Part shown: positions 53,746-64,000 of the stretch, piece after piece
Layout of the letters: each line of letters begins with the position of its first letter
How positions within the stretch are numbered: position 1 is the first letter of the stretch
Source of the DNA: an uncultured Acidobacteriota bacterium
GTDB lineage: Bacteria; Acidobacteriota; UBA6911; RPQK01; JAPXNP01
NCBI GenBank assembly: GCA_963777605.1
Contig: CAVZRV010000013.1
Location: forward strand, 150,520-214,519
DNA: 64,000 bases
Direction: 5' to 3'
Made by a program: the position numbers and the translations under genes
The notes under the pieces: model-generated
Database searches by the model: none
Seen by the model: the letters and a program-made list of their open reading frames with translations, nothing else
Told to the model about the DNA's origin: nothing

Positions 53746-55578
53746 CTACTGCGGGAGATTCATTCTTCGCAGCAGTCTTTGGAAGCGGGGTTGGTCGTGA
53801 AGGTCTTTGTGGGCAAAGATCAATCCACAATGCGTCAGATTGGGATCGTGTTCATCAAATGCCCGTTCCAACCAGTCAAGCGCCTGCTGTTCCTCTCCTG
53901 CCAATGAGAAATAGATTGCAACAAAATGGGCGGGCATATATCTCTCGTTGGCGGATTTCGCTGCCCTCTCAGCTAATCCCGTCATCGCCCCTTTGAAGCC
54001 GCCATCGGCGTAATCACGATCGACCAGCTTAACCTCATCAGGATCCCGGAAGGTCTGCCTGAGTGCCGTGAAGGCCTCTTCTTCCATTCCTCTTGCCGCA
54101 AATGCCCGGAATAGCTTTCCCGCAACATGGTGATAGGGATTCGTTTTGAGTACACTCTGCATCTGCTCGATGGCAGCACCGTATTGATGTGGCCCGTACA
54201 AGAGTACGATCCCGTAATAGGATCGAACAAAAGGATTCAATGGATCCAGTTCTAATGCCCGCTCAATCTGTATCACTGCTTCGTCCGGGCGTTTCATGAT
54301 CAGCAGGTAGTCGGCGTATAGCGCCCGTGTTTCCGAATCATTCGGATTCAACTCGATGGCTCGGCGAAAACTGATTTCGGCAGACTTCCAGTCCCAATCT
54401 CCCCAAGCTCTCAGAGATGCCATTGCCTTGTGAGCGTCAGCAAGCTTGTCGTCCATCTCAACGGCGCGCAAGACAGCCTCTCTCCACTTCGGGATTACCA
54501 CTCGCGGCGGAGAAAGTCCCAAAAAGAGACTCGCCGCATAGACTTCGGCAATACCCGCCTGTGCAGGGGCATACTCCGGCTCGTTCTCCAAAGCCGACTC
54601 GAAGTATTGGCGAGCCGCATCGAGGTCCGCCGGAGTGGCTTTGTAGAAATGAGCCTTCCCTCGCAGGTAGTCTTCGTAGGCCTTCGAAGTAATCTCCTGA
54701 TTCCGGGCCAAGAGCAGTTCCTCTTCCGGCGTTAGCGTTGCCTGAATTTCACGGGCGATCTCCTGAGCTACCTCGCCTTGCAACACGAGGATACTGCTCT
54801 GGCTCCGGTCGTAACGATTCGCCCAGAGGTTACGATTCGTTGCAGGTTCGATCATCTGGATGGTGATCCGCACCCGATCGTTTTCCCGCTGGACAGTTCC
54901 TTCAATCAGAGCGTCTACGCCGAGTTCTGAGGCAATCTCATCGAGAGACAGATCACTTCCCTTGTATTTCATCGAAGACGAGCGGGCGATCACCTTGAGA
55001 TCGCGGATTTTCGAGAGGTCTGTAATCAGCGTTTCGGTCATCCCGTCGGCAAAATACTCCTGCTCCGGGTCACCCGAGAGGTTATCGAGCGCAAGCACTG
55101 CGATCGACTTGACTTTGCCCAGTGACGCGGTGCGCTGCCAGTTCGTCAGCATCCACCAACCGAGCGTGACAACCAACAGGATCAGAAAGACTGCAGTGAT
55201 GCCGACGATCTGGGAGCGACGACGCGAATCGGAACTTGATTCGGGCCCTGCGGGCAGCTGGACCTCGGCCACCAGTTGATAGCCACGACGCGGAATCGTC
55301 CGGATGTACTTGGGATCGTTGGCGTCATCATCCAGAACCTTTCGGAGGGCCACGATCGTGTACTTCAGGGCGTCATCCGTAACAAAGGTATCCGCCCAGA
55401 CTCCCTGAATCAGGCGTTCCTTGGCGAGGACCTCTCCCGCGTGCCGGGCCATGCAGCACAGGACGTCCATCACCTTGGGTTCGAGGTGGCGCACTTCGTC
55501 GCCTCGGGTGATCTCGTTGAGTGCGGGGCAAACCTGCCATTCGCCGACTTGGAAGTCGTCCCGCGAAATGGGTGCCAT
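53746..55578 (-). CDS. Second wHTH + TM + TolB-like + TPR regulator
   Basis: LEPKVMDVL...TIPRRGYQL, SIAVL.L.NLSGD..QEYFADG.TE, TPR repeats. Confidence 0.88.
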   Translation of the reverse strand: MAPISRDDFQVGEWQVCPALNEITRGDEVRHLEPKVMDVLCCMARHAGEVLAKERLIQGVWADTFVTDDALKYTIVALRKVLDDDANDPKYIRTIPRRGYQLVAEVQLPAGPESSSDSRRRSQIVGITAVFLILLVVTLGWWMLTNWQRTASLGKVKSIAVLALDNLSGDPEQEYFADGMTETLITDLSKIRDLKVIARSSSMKYKGSDLSLDEIASELGVDALIEGTVQRENDRVRITIQMIEPATNRNLWANRYDRSQSSILVLQGEVAQEIAREIQATLTPEEELLLARNQEITSKAYEDYLRGKAHFYKATPADLDAARQYFESALENEPEYAPAQAGIAEVYAASLFLGLSPPRVVIPKWREAVLRAVEMDDKLADAHKAMASLRAWGDWDWKSAEISFRRAIELNPNDSETRALYADYLLIMKRPDEAVIQIERALELDPLNPFVRSYYGIVLLYGPHQYGAAIEQMQSVLKTNPYHHVAGKLFRAFAARGMEEEAFTALRQTFRDPDEVKLVDRDYADGGFKGAMTGLAERAAKSANERYMPAHFVAIYFSLAGEEQQALDWLERAFDEHDPNLTHCGLIFAHKDLHDQPRFQRLLRRMNLPQ

Positions 55579-55687
55579 CGGGCTCCTCCCTGTTCCGGTT
55601 AAACCCGATGTTAATCCCGGCTTTTCTCAAAAGGCAACTGTTTTGGACCATCCAGTGACGGCAGGGCAGAAAACAGAGCGAACGGGA

Positions 55688-56288
55688 TTACTCTTCCCAG
55701 CCGAGGCGTCCGGCTTGGAGGTCGAGCTGAATTGCGGACAGGCCGAGGGACTGAATGCCGAGATTGCCCATGACCTGCTGGTTGCCGCTTTCTCCGTCCC
55801 GGATCACTCGCGGTCAGGTCTCCACAGGGTGTCTCACCGATCGCAAGGCCCTGCACGAGAACCGGGTCCATCTTGACTCGGCGCCCTGCAAAAGGCAAGG
55901 TCTCGGTGCTTCCGTTTTGAGGAAAATGGAGCCGCTCCCGGATGGCCTTTCCGTAGAGCATCAGACCCACCGCCCCTGTGTCCACCACGACCCGAAGGAC
56001 TTCGCCGTTCACTGTCAGGTTCAGCGGGATGAAGGGGAAACGGGCGTAGAAACTCTGCGAGTGGGGAAGTGGCGGGACCGTTCCGAACTGAATCGTCTGC
56101 GAACGAAAGTCGATCGTGAGCGGCATCCTTCGCAGAAGATCCAACCCAACCAGCCCATCGAGGCGAATCCCGTGCGATGCCGGAGGGTCGAGGATGCGGA
56201 TTGCGACATCCGAGAACCGGACCTCACCCAGCGCGAGTTCAGGGACGGTGGCCTTGTGTGCGTCGATTTCCCGTCCCCATGCGGAGAC
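55688..56288 (-). pseudogene. Second retropepsin-like aspartyl protease, 5'-truncated by IS1380
   Basis: SAWGREID...GLVGLD...IDF...VVDTGA parallels the 50311-51159 protein. The reading frame stops at the IS end. Confidence 0.75.
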
Positions 56289-56306
56289 CTTAGCCCGGAT
56301 ATTTCA

Positions 56307-58294
56307 GTGCGCCGTGGAAAGGCGGCGATTCTCAGTGGGTGCGAAACCCACCCGGCAACTGTCGCTCCAGCCGGTAGCAATCGGAGCAGCGGTGGAGGCA
56401 ACGAAACCGTTGAAGCCTTCGGTGTAGAGCGCCGCCTTGGGCGGGTGGCGAAGGTGCAGGCCGTAACGTGCAGTGAACGCTGAGCAGGCCTCGAAAAGGG
56501 CAATGCGGAAGCCGACCCGGCTGGAATTCGGGGAAGGCCGCCGTCAACGGGGAAGTTGGGCGACAGCACTCGTTGATTCCGCCGGGGTAGTGGCGACGGC
56601 ATGCATCGAAGAGGGAATCGCCGGCAACACGGGAAGCCCCTGTGGGCGAGAAGAGAGCCGCACGCTTCTCAACGGACAGCCCGCGAGGGTCAGGTTCGGC
56701 GGACAGGGGTGGCGGACAGGCTCGTAGTACTGAAGAAGGCGGCTAATCCCGCCGGAGGGAAGGGGCCTGAGTTCAAGGCAGACGTCTGTTGAAGCGACAA
56801 CGAGGAGATTGACCCGGATGGGCCTGAGAACTCCGGAAAAGGTTGGGAAGCTGCAAAGGACGTTGTACGCCAAAGCGAAGGAGAAGCCCGAACTGTCGCT
56901 TTCATCAACTGTACGACAAGGTGTGGAGAGAAGATGTGCTGGAGTTCGCCTACCGCAAATGCAAAGCCAATGGCGGTGCAGCGGGAGTCGATCGACAGAC
57001 CTTCGACGACATCGAGAAGTACGGGCGAGGGAAGTGGCTGGGCGAACTGGCGGCGGAGCTGAAAGGCAGAAGCTACCGGCCGGCAGCCGTACGCCGGGTG
57101 TGGATCGACAAAGCCGACGGAGGGAAGCGACCGCTGGGCGTACCGACGATCAAGGATCGAGTGGTACAAACGGCGACGATGCTGGTCATCGAGCCGATCT
57201 TCGAGGCCGATCTACAGCCGGAGCAGTACGGCTACCGTCCCCGGCGAAGCGCGCAGGATGCGGTCCGGAGCAGTCCACGCTCTGATCAACCGAGGCCACC
57301 GCGAGGTGGTGGATGCGGATCTGAGCGGCTACTTCGACAGCATCCCGCGGAAAGAGTTGATGCAATCGGTCGCCCGCCGGATCTGCGATCGGCAGATGTT
57401 GAAGCTGATCAAGATGTGGTTGAAGGCGCCGGTCGTGGACGACTCCCCGAAGGACCCGGGTGGGCCAAGAGGAGGAAGGGAGGAAAGGGACCCCGCAAGG
57501 GTCACCGATCTCCCCGCTTCTCGCCAACCTCTACTTTCGGCGCTTCATCCTGGGATGGAGGAAACTGGGACCGAAACAGTGTCAGGGAAGGATTGTCTCC
57601 TATGCGGACGACTTTGTGATCTGCTGTCGGCGCGAAGCCGGGGTTGCCCTGCAGGCGGCTCAGGAGATCCTGGATCGTCTGGGCTTGACACTGAACGAGA
57701 CCAAGACGACGGTCAAACGGCTTCCGGAAGAGAGCTTGGACTTTCTGGGCTACACGTTGGGGATCGTGCATCGAGGAAGAACCGGGACTCCGTATCTGGG
57801 GACCCGACCCTCCCGGAAGTCGATCCGCAAGATCTGCCGCGCAATCCACCAGGAGACGCGACCGGCAAGTGGGCTCAGGCAACCCGAACACGAGGTGGCT
57901 CGACTGAACCGAATGCTGGTCGGATGGGCCAACTACTTTTGCTTGGGTGGGGTGAGCAAAGCCTATCGGGCGGTGGATGCCCACACCCGATGGAGGCTTC
58001 GTCAGTGGTTGCGACGCAAGTACAAAGAGCGCGGCAGCAAGGGAACGCGGCGGTTCCCGGACCAGTACCTCTACGAAACGTTGGGACTGGTTCGTCTGAC
58101 CGAGCGGACTCGCGACCTTCCGTGGGCGAAAGCGTAGATGCCTTGTCCGAGAGCCGGATGCGGGAGAACCGCACGTCCGGTTCGATGAGCGGGATGTGGA
58201 AACGGAGCATGGCCCGGCTCGTGAGGCACCGGCAAACGAAAGGGCCGGAAACAGATAGGCCAGCCTAAACCACCGCGCCACATCTCGACTCTAC
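56307..58294 (+). mobile_element. Group II intron (retroelement)
   Basis: 5' GTGCG, domain V GAGCCGGATGCG-GGAGAA-CCGCACGTCCGGTTC at about 58151-58184, 3' end CTCTAC, RT ORF inside. Confidence 0.92.
56818..58137 (+). CDS. ltrA: Group II intron reverse transcriptase/maturase (no endonuclease domain), three apparent frameshifts
   Basis: RPLGVPTIKDRVVQ, DADLSGYFD, GTPQGSPISPLLAN, YADD, GWANYF. Confidence 0.88.
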
Positions 58295-58498
58295 CCAGAG
58301 GGGGATCACCAACGTCGTTTCCGCGGATTTCAGCCGTTCTCGGTCGGCTTTCAGGATCCTCCGAAGCGGAGTCAGTCGATCCGGCTGACGCACCTTCCCT
58401 CAAAAATGGCCGAAAATCGACCTATTTTTCATTAAGTCGTTATGTTTCAATGGCATTAAGGCACACTTTTCCTCGATTCTACTTGAAGCGTGACTGTG

Positions 58499-59921
58499 TT
58501 AACTCGTCCGACGGCGCTCGTTTCCCGTCAGCCGGGAGGTTCTCCACGCTCGGTGAAACAGGTCCTGGTCAGGACAGCCCGACGTCAGGGCCACCAACAC
58601 CCGCCGGACCGAGATCCGGATCAGCGCTCCGATCCGCAGCAGCCGCAGCCGGATCGTCCCACACTGTGCCCGCGCCATCCGGGTCCCCTCCAATCCCAGC
58701 CGGCGAAACCTTCCAGCAGCGTGTAGGCAAACGTCGAGAAGTACAGCCGCAGCTGGTTGCTCTGCATCGTTCCCGGTGCTGGTCCGATCCGCAAACAGCT
58801 CCAGTTGCTGTTCCTTGATCCGGTTCTCCATCTCTCCCCGCGCGCAGTAGAGATCCTCGTACAGGGCTCGCGCCTCCCACTCGGCGGCCGAGAACGACGT
58901 CACCACAAACCGCGGATTCTCCCCTCGCTCCAGATGTTCCGCCTTGCCCACCACCCGCCGTGCCCGGCTCCAGCTTTCCGCGTCCGGTACTCGAACTCCT
59001 CGAACACCCGGGCCGCCTGCCCCGTCTGCTTCATGCTGGCGACGGCCCGTCCATCGCCTCTGCCAGTTCCCCTTCAAGCCGCTCGTTCTTGGCCAGGCCG
59101 AAAACGTAATCCACCCCGTTGTCGCTTCCGCCCAGCGCCATCATCTCCTCCCGGCAGAACCCGCTGTCGCCCCGCAACGTGATGTGCACCTCGGGCCACG
59201 TTCCCGCAATTGACCCACGATCCGCTCGACCTCCTCCAGCGCTCCGGCCGAAGCGTCGATGTTCGACGGTCTCAGCCGCGCGCACAGCACGTGCTTCCCG
59301 CAAAGATATACAGCGGCAGGTAGCAGTAGTGCCGTAGTAGCCGTGGAAGAACCGCCCTTCTTGTTCCCGTGCAGCGGATCGTCCGTGGCATCCAGGTCCA
59401 GGATCACGTCTCCGGGGACCTCGTCCTGCGCCTCGATGTACGCGTCCACCAGCAACCGGTCCGCCGCTCTCGCTGTCGAAGGCGATCTTCTTGTAGCGTT
59501 CCCCCCTCGACCCGCTCCCCGCTCAACTCCAGCCGGTTCAGCGTGCTCTTGCCCGCCAGGGCCTTGCCCCGGTCCTTCTCCCGCCGCCGCGCTCTGCCCT
59601 TCCACATCCTTCTTGCCCGCCACCATCGCCAGCAGCGGATCGCGGCACAGAGCATCGTGATCGTTCAGGTCCTCGTAGCCCAGCGCCAGGCCGTAGACCC
59701 GCTGCGCCACCATCGATCCACCGCGTGCTCGATCCGATCGGGGTCCCGCTGGTCTCAAAACACTCGGCCAACCTGCGAATCACCCGATCTGCCGTTCCAC
59801 CTCTCGCAGCAGCACGACGCCTCCATGCGAGGTGATCATCCCGCCCTCGAAATTGGCTTCCACTTTGCGCTGAAAATGAGGGTGAAATCCGAAGCTGCTT
59901 TTGGGTACACTCTGTAGACAT
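58499..59921 (-). CDS. IS1380-family DDE transposase, multiple apparent frameshifts
   Basis: QRVYGLALGYEDLNDHD, LDLDATDD, RGDSGF, Y..RGEMENRIKE. Confidence 0.85.
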
Positions 59922-60128
59922 AAGGGCTGTTCCTTTTGTTGGCCTTAACTCTTTGTTGCAAAAGAATTTATGCCACAGAAGGCAGCCCTTTTCTACCCCT
60001 CTGGTGAGAAATCCGGGCTAGGCATGGGGGGGATGCTGCTCATAGCGATCGAAGGAAGGTCTCTTTTGGTTCCAACGAGGTGAGCTATAGAAGAGCATCC
60101 ATGGGATCTGAACAAACGGAGAGAAGCC

Positions 60129-60320
60129 ATGAAGCGATTGTTTCGTGATTACACCCTGACGTGGAGGGAAATTGGTTTACTCAAACTGACCTTGTTTATC
60201 ACCGGCCTGTTAGTGGGTGCATATTTCGCGGAGTTCCTTAAGGCTTACTACTTGGTTTTATTGGTGGCACTCGTTCTGACGATGATTTACTGGATATGGT
60301 GGTCGGCAAAAAACCTTTAG
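60129..60320 (+). CDS. Small two-TM membrane protein
   Basis: GGAG SD, 63 aa, two hydrophobic segments. Confidence 0.6.
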   Translation: MKRLFRDYTLTWREIGLLKLTLFITGLLVGAYFAEFLKAYYLVLLVALVLTMIYWIWWSAKNL

Positions 60321-60730
60321 CAAACCCCGAGGTTCAATTAGCAGGGATGTACAGGAATTAACGACACGCTGAACCTGCCGGAAGATGCGACCACCTGAAA
60401 GCGGCTTCCTGAAGTAGCAGAACCTGTGGCAGTCCACCTCTCAGGGGGAGCGTAGTCCTTCCCCCATCCATTGAGACCCTTGCCCAATTCCTATATGTGG
60501 ACTCTTCGCCCCCTGCATATTCGTTTCTCTGAATCAAATAGATCGAGTTACTTGTTGGCTGTAGACACCGGCTACGAAGTAGGCCGTTTTCACCGATAAG
60601 AAAGAAGGCCGCCCCATCGGCCAGGAGGCGGTACGAAACTCTATAGAAGATTTCTATAGAGAGGTTGTATAGACTCGGGCGAGCGCCGAGGCGCTTTCCT
60701 TCCGAGACGGACTCGTTGCAAAGTCGGCGG

Positions 60731-61186
60731 ATGGGAAGGAGTGCCGGCCACCGTTGCCCTTATTGTCATCGGGAGTTCCTCCCGTCCCCCTATTGCCCGC
60801 AACAGCGCATCTGCTCGGACCCCGATTGCCAACGTCGGCGCCGCCGGGAGTATCACCGCAAGAAACTGGAGTCCGATCCCGAGTACCAGCAGACCTGCCG
60901 GGACAGCCGGCAGAAGTGGCGCGCCCACAACCCCGACTACCAGCGCCGGTACCGGGAAAGCCATGCCCGGTACACCGAGGAGAACCGTCGAAAACAGCGC
61001 CTCCGCGATCGGCGTCGCCGGCTCGATCGTCTTGTAAAGAACAACGTAGCTTTGGATCTAAAGTCTTTGACTTCAGAAGTTTGGCTGATCCAACGTGAGG
61101 CGGTCGAGCTTGTAAAGAACAACGTGGCTCTCTCCGAACTCCTCATTTTCCAGAAGGTTGAAGGAAACCAAGAGGAGGCCGCGTGA
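60731..61186 (+). CDS. Zinc-ribbon, Arg-rich hypothetical protein inside IS21
   Basis: CPYC...C..PDCQ, basic helix, repeated LVKNNVAL. Confidence 0.7.
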   Translation: MGRSAGHRCPYCHREFLPSPYCPQQRICSDPDCQRRRRREYHRKKLESDPEYQQTCRDSRQKWRAHNPDYQRRYRESHARYTEENRRKQRLRDRRRRLDRLVKNNVALDLKSLTSEVWLIQREAVELVKNNVALSELLIFQKVEGNQEEAA

Positions 61187-61262
61187 TCTTGTAAACAACA
61201 TCGCTCTGGTCGGATCGACCTCGAACGGGGTATCAGGAAGCCTGAGTTCAGGAGACCTCGCT

Positions 61263-62733
61263 ATGGACCCGGCCATCCTTGATGCCATCTATCGACTCCA
61301 TCACGGCGAACACTGGTCGATCCGCAAGATCGCCGGTCATCTCGGCGTCAGCCGCACGACCGTCCGCAAGTACCGCAACGGCCCCGTCGCCCGGGCTTCG
61401 ATGCCGCCGCGAGCCAGTAAGCTCGACCCTTTCAAGCCGATCCTTCGCGATCTGTTGGAACGGGACCCCCGGGCCCCAGGCTCGGTCCTGCTTCAGCACC
61501 TGCGCCGGTTGGGTTATCAGGGCGGGGTCAGCATCCTGCGCGACTACCTGGCGCGGGTGCGGCCCCGTCGGCCGGCTCGAGCCTTTCTGCGCATGGACCC
61601 GCAACCCGGCGAGCGCTTCGAGGTCGACTGGGGCCACTTCGGCGGACTGGAATACGAGGGCGACCGCCGCAAGCTCTATGCCTTCGTCCTAGTCGACTGC
61701 ACAGCCGGCTCCTGTACGTCGAGTTCACTCACAGCCAGGGCTTCGAAACTTTTGTGCGCGGTCATATCCATGCCTTCCGGGCGTACGGGGGTGTCAGTCG
61801 GGAATCTGGTATGACAATCTTCTGACTGCCGTCGCGGAACGGGACGGTCGCCTGGTCCGTTTCCAGCCGCGCTTCCTGGCTTTCGCCCGCGAGTACGGCT
61901 TCTATCCCCGGGCCTGCAATCCGGCCGCCGGCTGGGAAAAGGGGACCGTCGAGCGCGCCGGCATCCGCTACCTGCGCCAGAGCTTCTGGCCGCTGCGGAC
62001 GTTCCGCGATCTGGTCGACGTCAATCGTCAGGTCCGCCAGTGGCTGGAGGAGGTGGCGCACCAGCGCCGCCATCGGGAAACGCGACAGACGCCCCGCGAG
62101 CGTTTCCAGCCCCAGGCTCTGCGGCCTTGCCGCCGCTCGATCCCGATTATCGCGACACGGCCCAGGTCCTCGTCTACAAGGATCTGCGGCTCCAGTTCGA
62201 CGGCAACCGCTACTGCGCTCCCCCTCATCACGTCGGCCATCTTCTGACCCTCAAGGCCGATGCCCAGTCGGTGGCCCTCTACGATCGCAGGAGGTCATCT
62301 CCTATCCCCGCTGGTGGCGCCGCGGTCAGACCTTCGGGGCCGAGCGCTTCCGAGAGGAACTCGTCGACAGCCGCCCGGCCGCCCGCACCTCCCAGGCGCA
62401 GCCGCGGTTCATCGCTTTGCTCGGACCGGCGGTCGAGACCTACCTGCGGGCTCTGGCCGAGACCAACCGCTCGCTCTCCCGCCAGATCACCGAATTTCTG
62501 GAGTTGGTCCGTCACTACGGGCCGGAACCGGTGTCCGAAGCCCTGGATAAAGCGCATGCGGCCCGCGCTTATGGCGCCGATTACATCGCCAATCTCCTCA
62601 GCCAGGAACAGCACTTGCGTCGCCCCAACCCCCTTTGCGCCTGAAGGATCCCCGCCTGAACCAGCTCGCCACCGATCCGTTGTCGCTGTTGGACTATGAC
62701 GCCTTCATCTTCGAAGAAGGAGACGACGCATGA
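61263..62733 (+). CDS. istA: IS21 transposase IstA, multiple apparent frameshifts
   Basis: HTH SIRKIA..LGVSR.TVRKY, SKLDPFK, PGE..EVDWG, YDN, EKG.VER, FDGNRY. Confidence 0.85.
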
Positions 62734-63500
62734 CTTCCCTGGAACCCAAACTCGAAGAGTTGCGCCTCGTCGGCATGAGAGTCGACTCGAGACGGTGCTC
62801 AACGAAGCCTCCCGTCGCAACCTCAGCCTGGCCGCCTCACTCGAAGGCTGGCTGATCTCGAACTGGAGCGGCGCGGCCGTTCGGTCGAGCGCCGCTTCCA
62901 CCAGTCCCGCCTGCAAGTCCGCCCAGCATCGACAACTTCCATTTCCAGCATCACAAGTCCCGCATGAGCAAGTCCGCATCCTCCGCCTGCTCGATCTCGA
63001 CTTCCTGACCAAGGCACCAACGTGGTGATATCGGCAACCCCGGGGTCGGCAAGACCTTCCTGGCCAAGATCCTCGGCTGGCGGGCCTGCCAGGCCAACAT
63101 CGCGTCCTTTTCACCTCGGCCATGGACATGCTCAATCAGCTGCTGGCCTCCCAGGTCGATCACTCGCTCGTCCGCAAGCTCAAGGTCTACACCGCTCCTG
63201 CCTTCTCGTCTGTGACGAACTGGGCTATCTCTCCCTCGACCAGCAGACTTCCAACCTCTTCTACCAGGTCATCTCCACCCGCCATGCCGAACGCGCAGCA
63301 CGGTCATCACCACGAACACTGCGTTCTCCGAATGGGGCAATATCCTCTACAACACCACCATCGCCACGGCCATCGCCGACCGGTTGGTGGAAAACTCGGA
63401 GATTTTTCTGCTGGGGGGGAAAGCCTGCGCAAAGCTCGGAAGACCCGGCCTCCAACCCCCGACCGGTTCTTCTCAGGCGCCGCTCTGTGCGATAGCCCTG
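62730..63500 (+). CDS. istB: IS21 helper ATPase IstB, multiple apparent frameshifts (3' end uncertain)
   Basis: GNPGVGKT Walker A, DELGY, TTN..F.EW, A..DRL. Confidence 0.82.
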
Positions 63501-63590
63501 ACCGGAGGAGTCCGGCGGGTGAACCCCTCAACGGCGCTGCCGATGAGGCGGGAGCGCTTCGTGCGCTCCCCCGTTCTACACCAATTCTCC

Positions 63591-63862
63591 ATGTTCAACT
63601 TCAGCGCCAATCACCTCACCTTGCTCTCGCGGAAGGAATACCGTTCCTGTGCGGTCTTGCTGCTCGACCATTCCACTCGCCGGGTTTATCGGCTGCATGA
63701 CTTCACCAAAGCCCACGCCATCAGGCCGGCTCCTACTACTGCGTTTCGGGCAAGGTCAATAGCGCCGACAAACTGTACCTGGTGATCGAAACGGTCAAAC
63801 CGGATACCCGGCACACTCCGGCTTCCACCCCTCGGCTTCCTCTCGACGGCGCAGGCAGGTAA
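63591..63862 (+). CDS. Small hypothetical protein inside IS21 (one apparent frameshift)
   Basis: MFNFSANHLTLLSRKEYRSCAVLLLD... continues after a shift as GSYYCVSGKVNSADKLYLVIE...GR*. Confidence 0.5.
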
Positions 63863-64000
63863 TCATGGTTTGATCACCACCCCCGATTCCATCTCAGATA
63901 CCTCCGCGTCACCGGGTGGCGATCGCCCCCCCGCGTCCAGTCATCCCCCTGGTCCCCTCTCAAACCGGCGATTCCGGACGACAAACTCGCCGGTGTCAAC

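Larger units (their letters stand above)
56289..60022 (-). mobile_element. IS1380-family element (containing a group II intron)
   Basis: Terminal IRs: CTTAGCCCGGATATTTCA|CCAGAGGGG (split by the intron) and the reverse complement of 59996-60022, CCTAGCCCGGATTTCTCACCAGAGGGG. Confidence 0.8.
60560..64000 (+). mobile_element. IS21-family element with two extra genes
   Basis: Left end TGTAGACACCGGC (60560). The window ends in GCCGGTGTCAAC (reverse complement GTTGACACCGGC). istA and istB lie inside. Confidence 0.75.

Noticed and set aside
56818-58137. Retron, DGR or defence-associated reverse transcriptase
   Set aside because: It is flanked by canonical group II intron ends and domain V, and has a maturase domain.
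61030-61207. CRISPR array (regularly spaced repeats)
   Set aside because: Only three short degenerate repeats, mostly inside an ORF, with no cas genes. No CRISPR array was seen anywhere in the window.

Overview
This 64 kb window is GC-rich and comes from an Acidobacteriota-like bacterium: the 16S 5' end reads GATCCTGGCTCAGAATC, the Acidobacteria-type signature. Positions 1-6.6 kb are a decayed accessory island downstream of tRNA-Ser. Positions 6.6-40.8 kb are mostly core genome: two tRNA-Ser, ffs-dnaX-ybaB-recR, moaDE, nfeD-SPFH, lnt, prfB with its programmed frameshift, a carbamoyltransferase cluster, a tRNA-less rRNA operon, ahcY, a copper/redox neighbourhood and tRNA-Val. Positions 40.8-64 kb are a mobile-DNA hotspot. 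It holds an 8.6 kb PICI-like phage satellite in tRNA-Val, two aspartyl-protease/wHTH-TPR modules, an IS1380 whose terminal inverted repeat is split by a group II intron, and a four-gene IS21 element. The most notable signals missed by the ORF track are: (1) two divergent genes with in-frame UGA and SECIS-like hairpins (a Sec-peroxiredoxin and an unannotated 56-aa membrane protein); (2) an orphan heme-copper oxidase subunit I that has lost two of three CuB histidines; (3) the intron-in-IS-end arrangement; (4) the satellite with its iteron origin. Many single-base frameshifts in mobile elements look like long-read indel errors, so pseudogene calls there are provisional.
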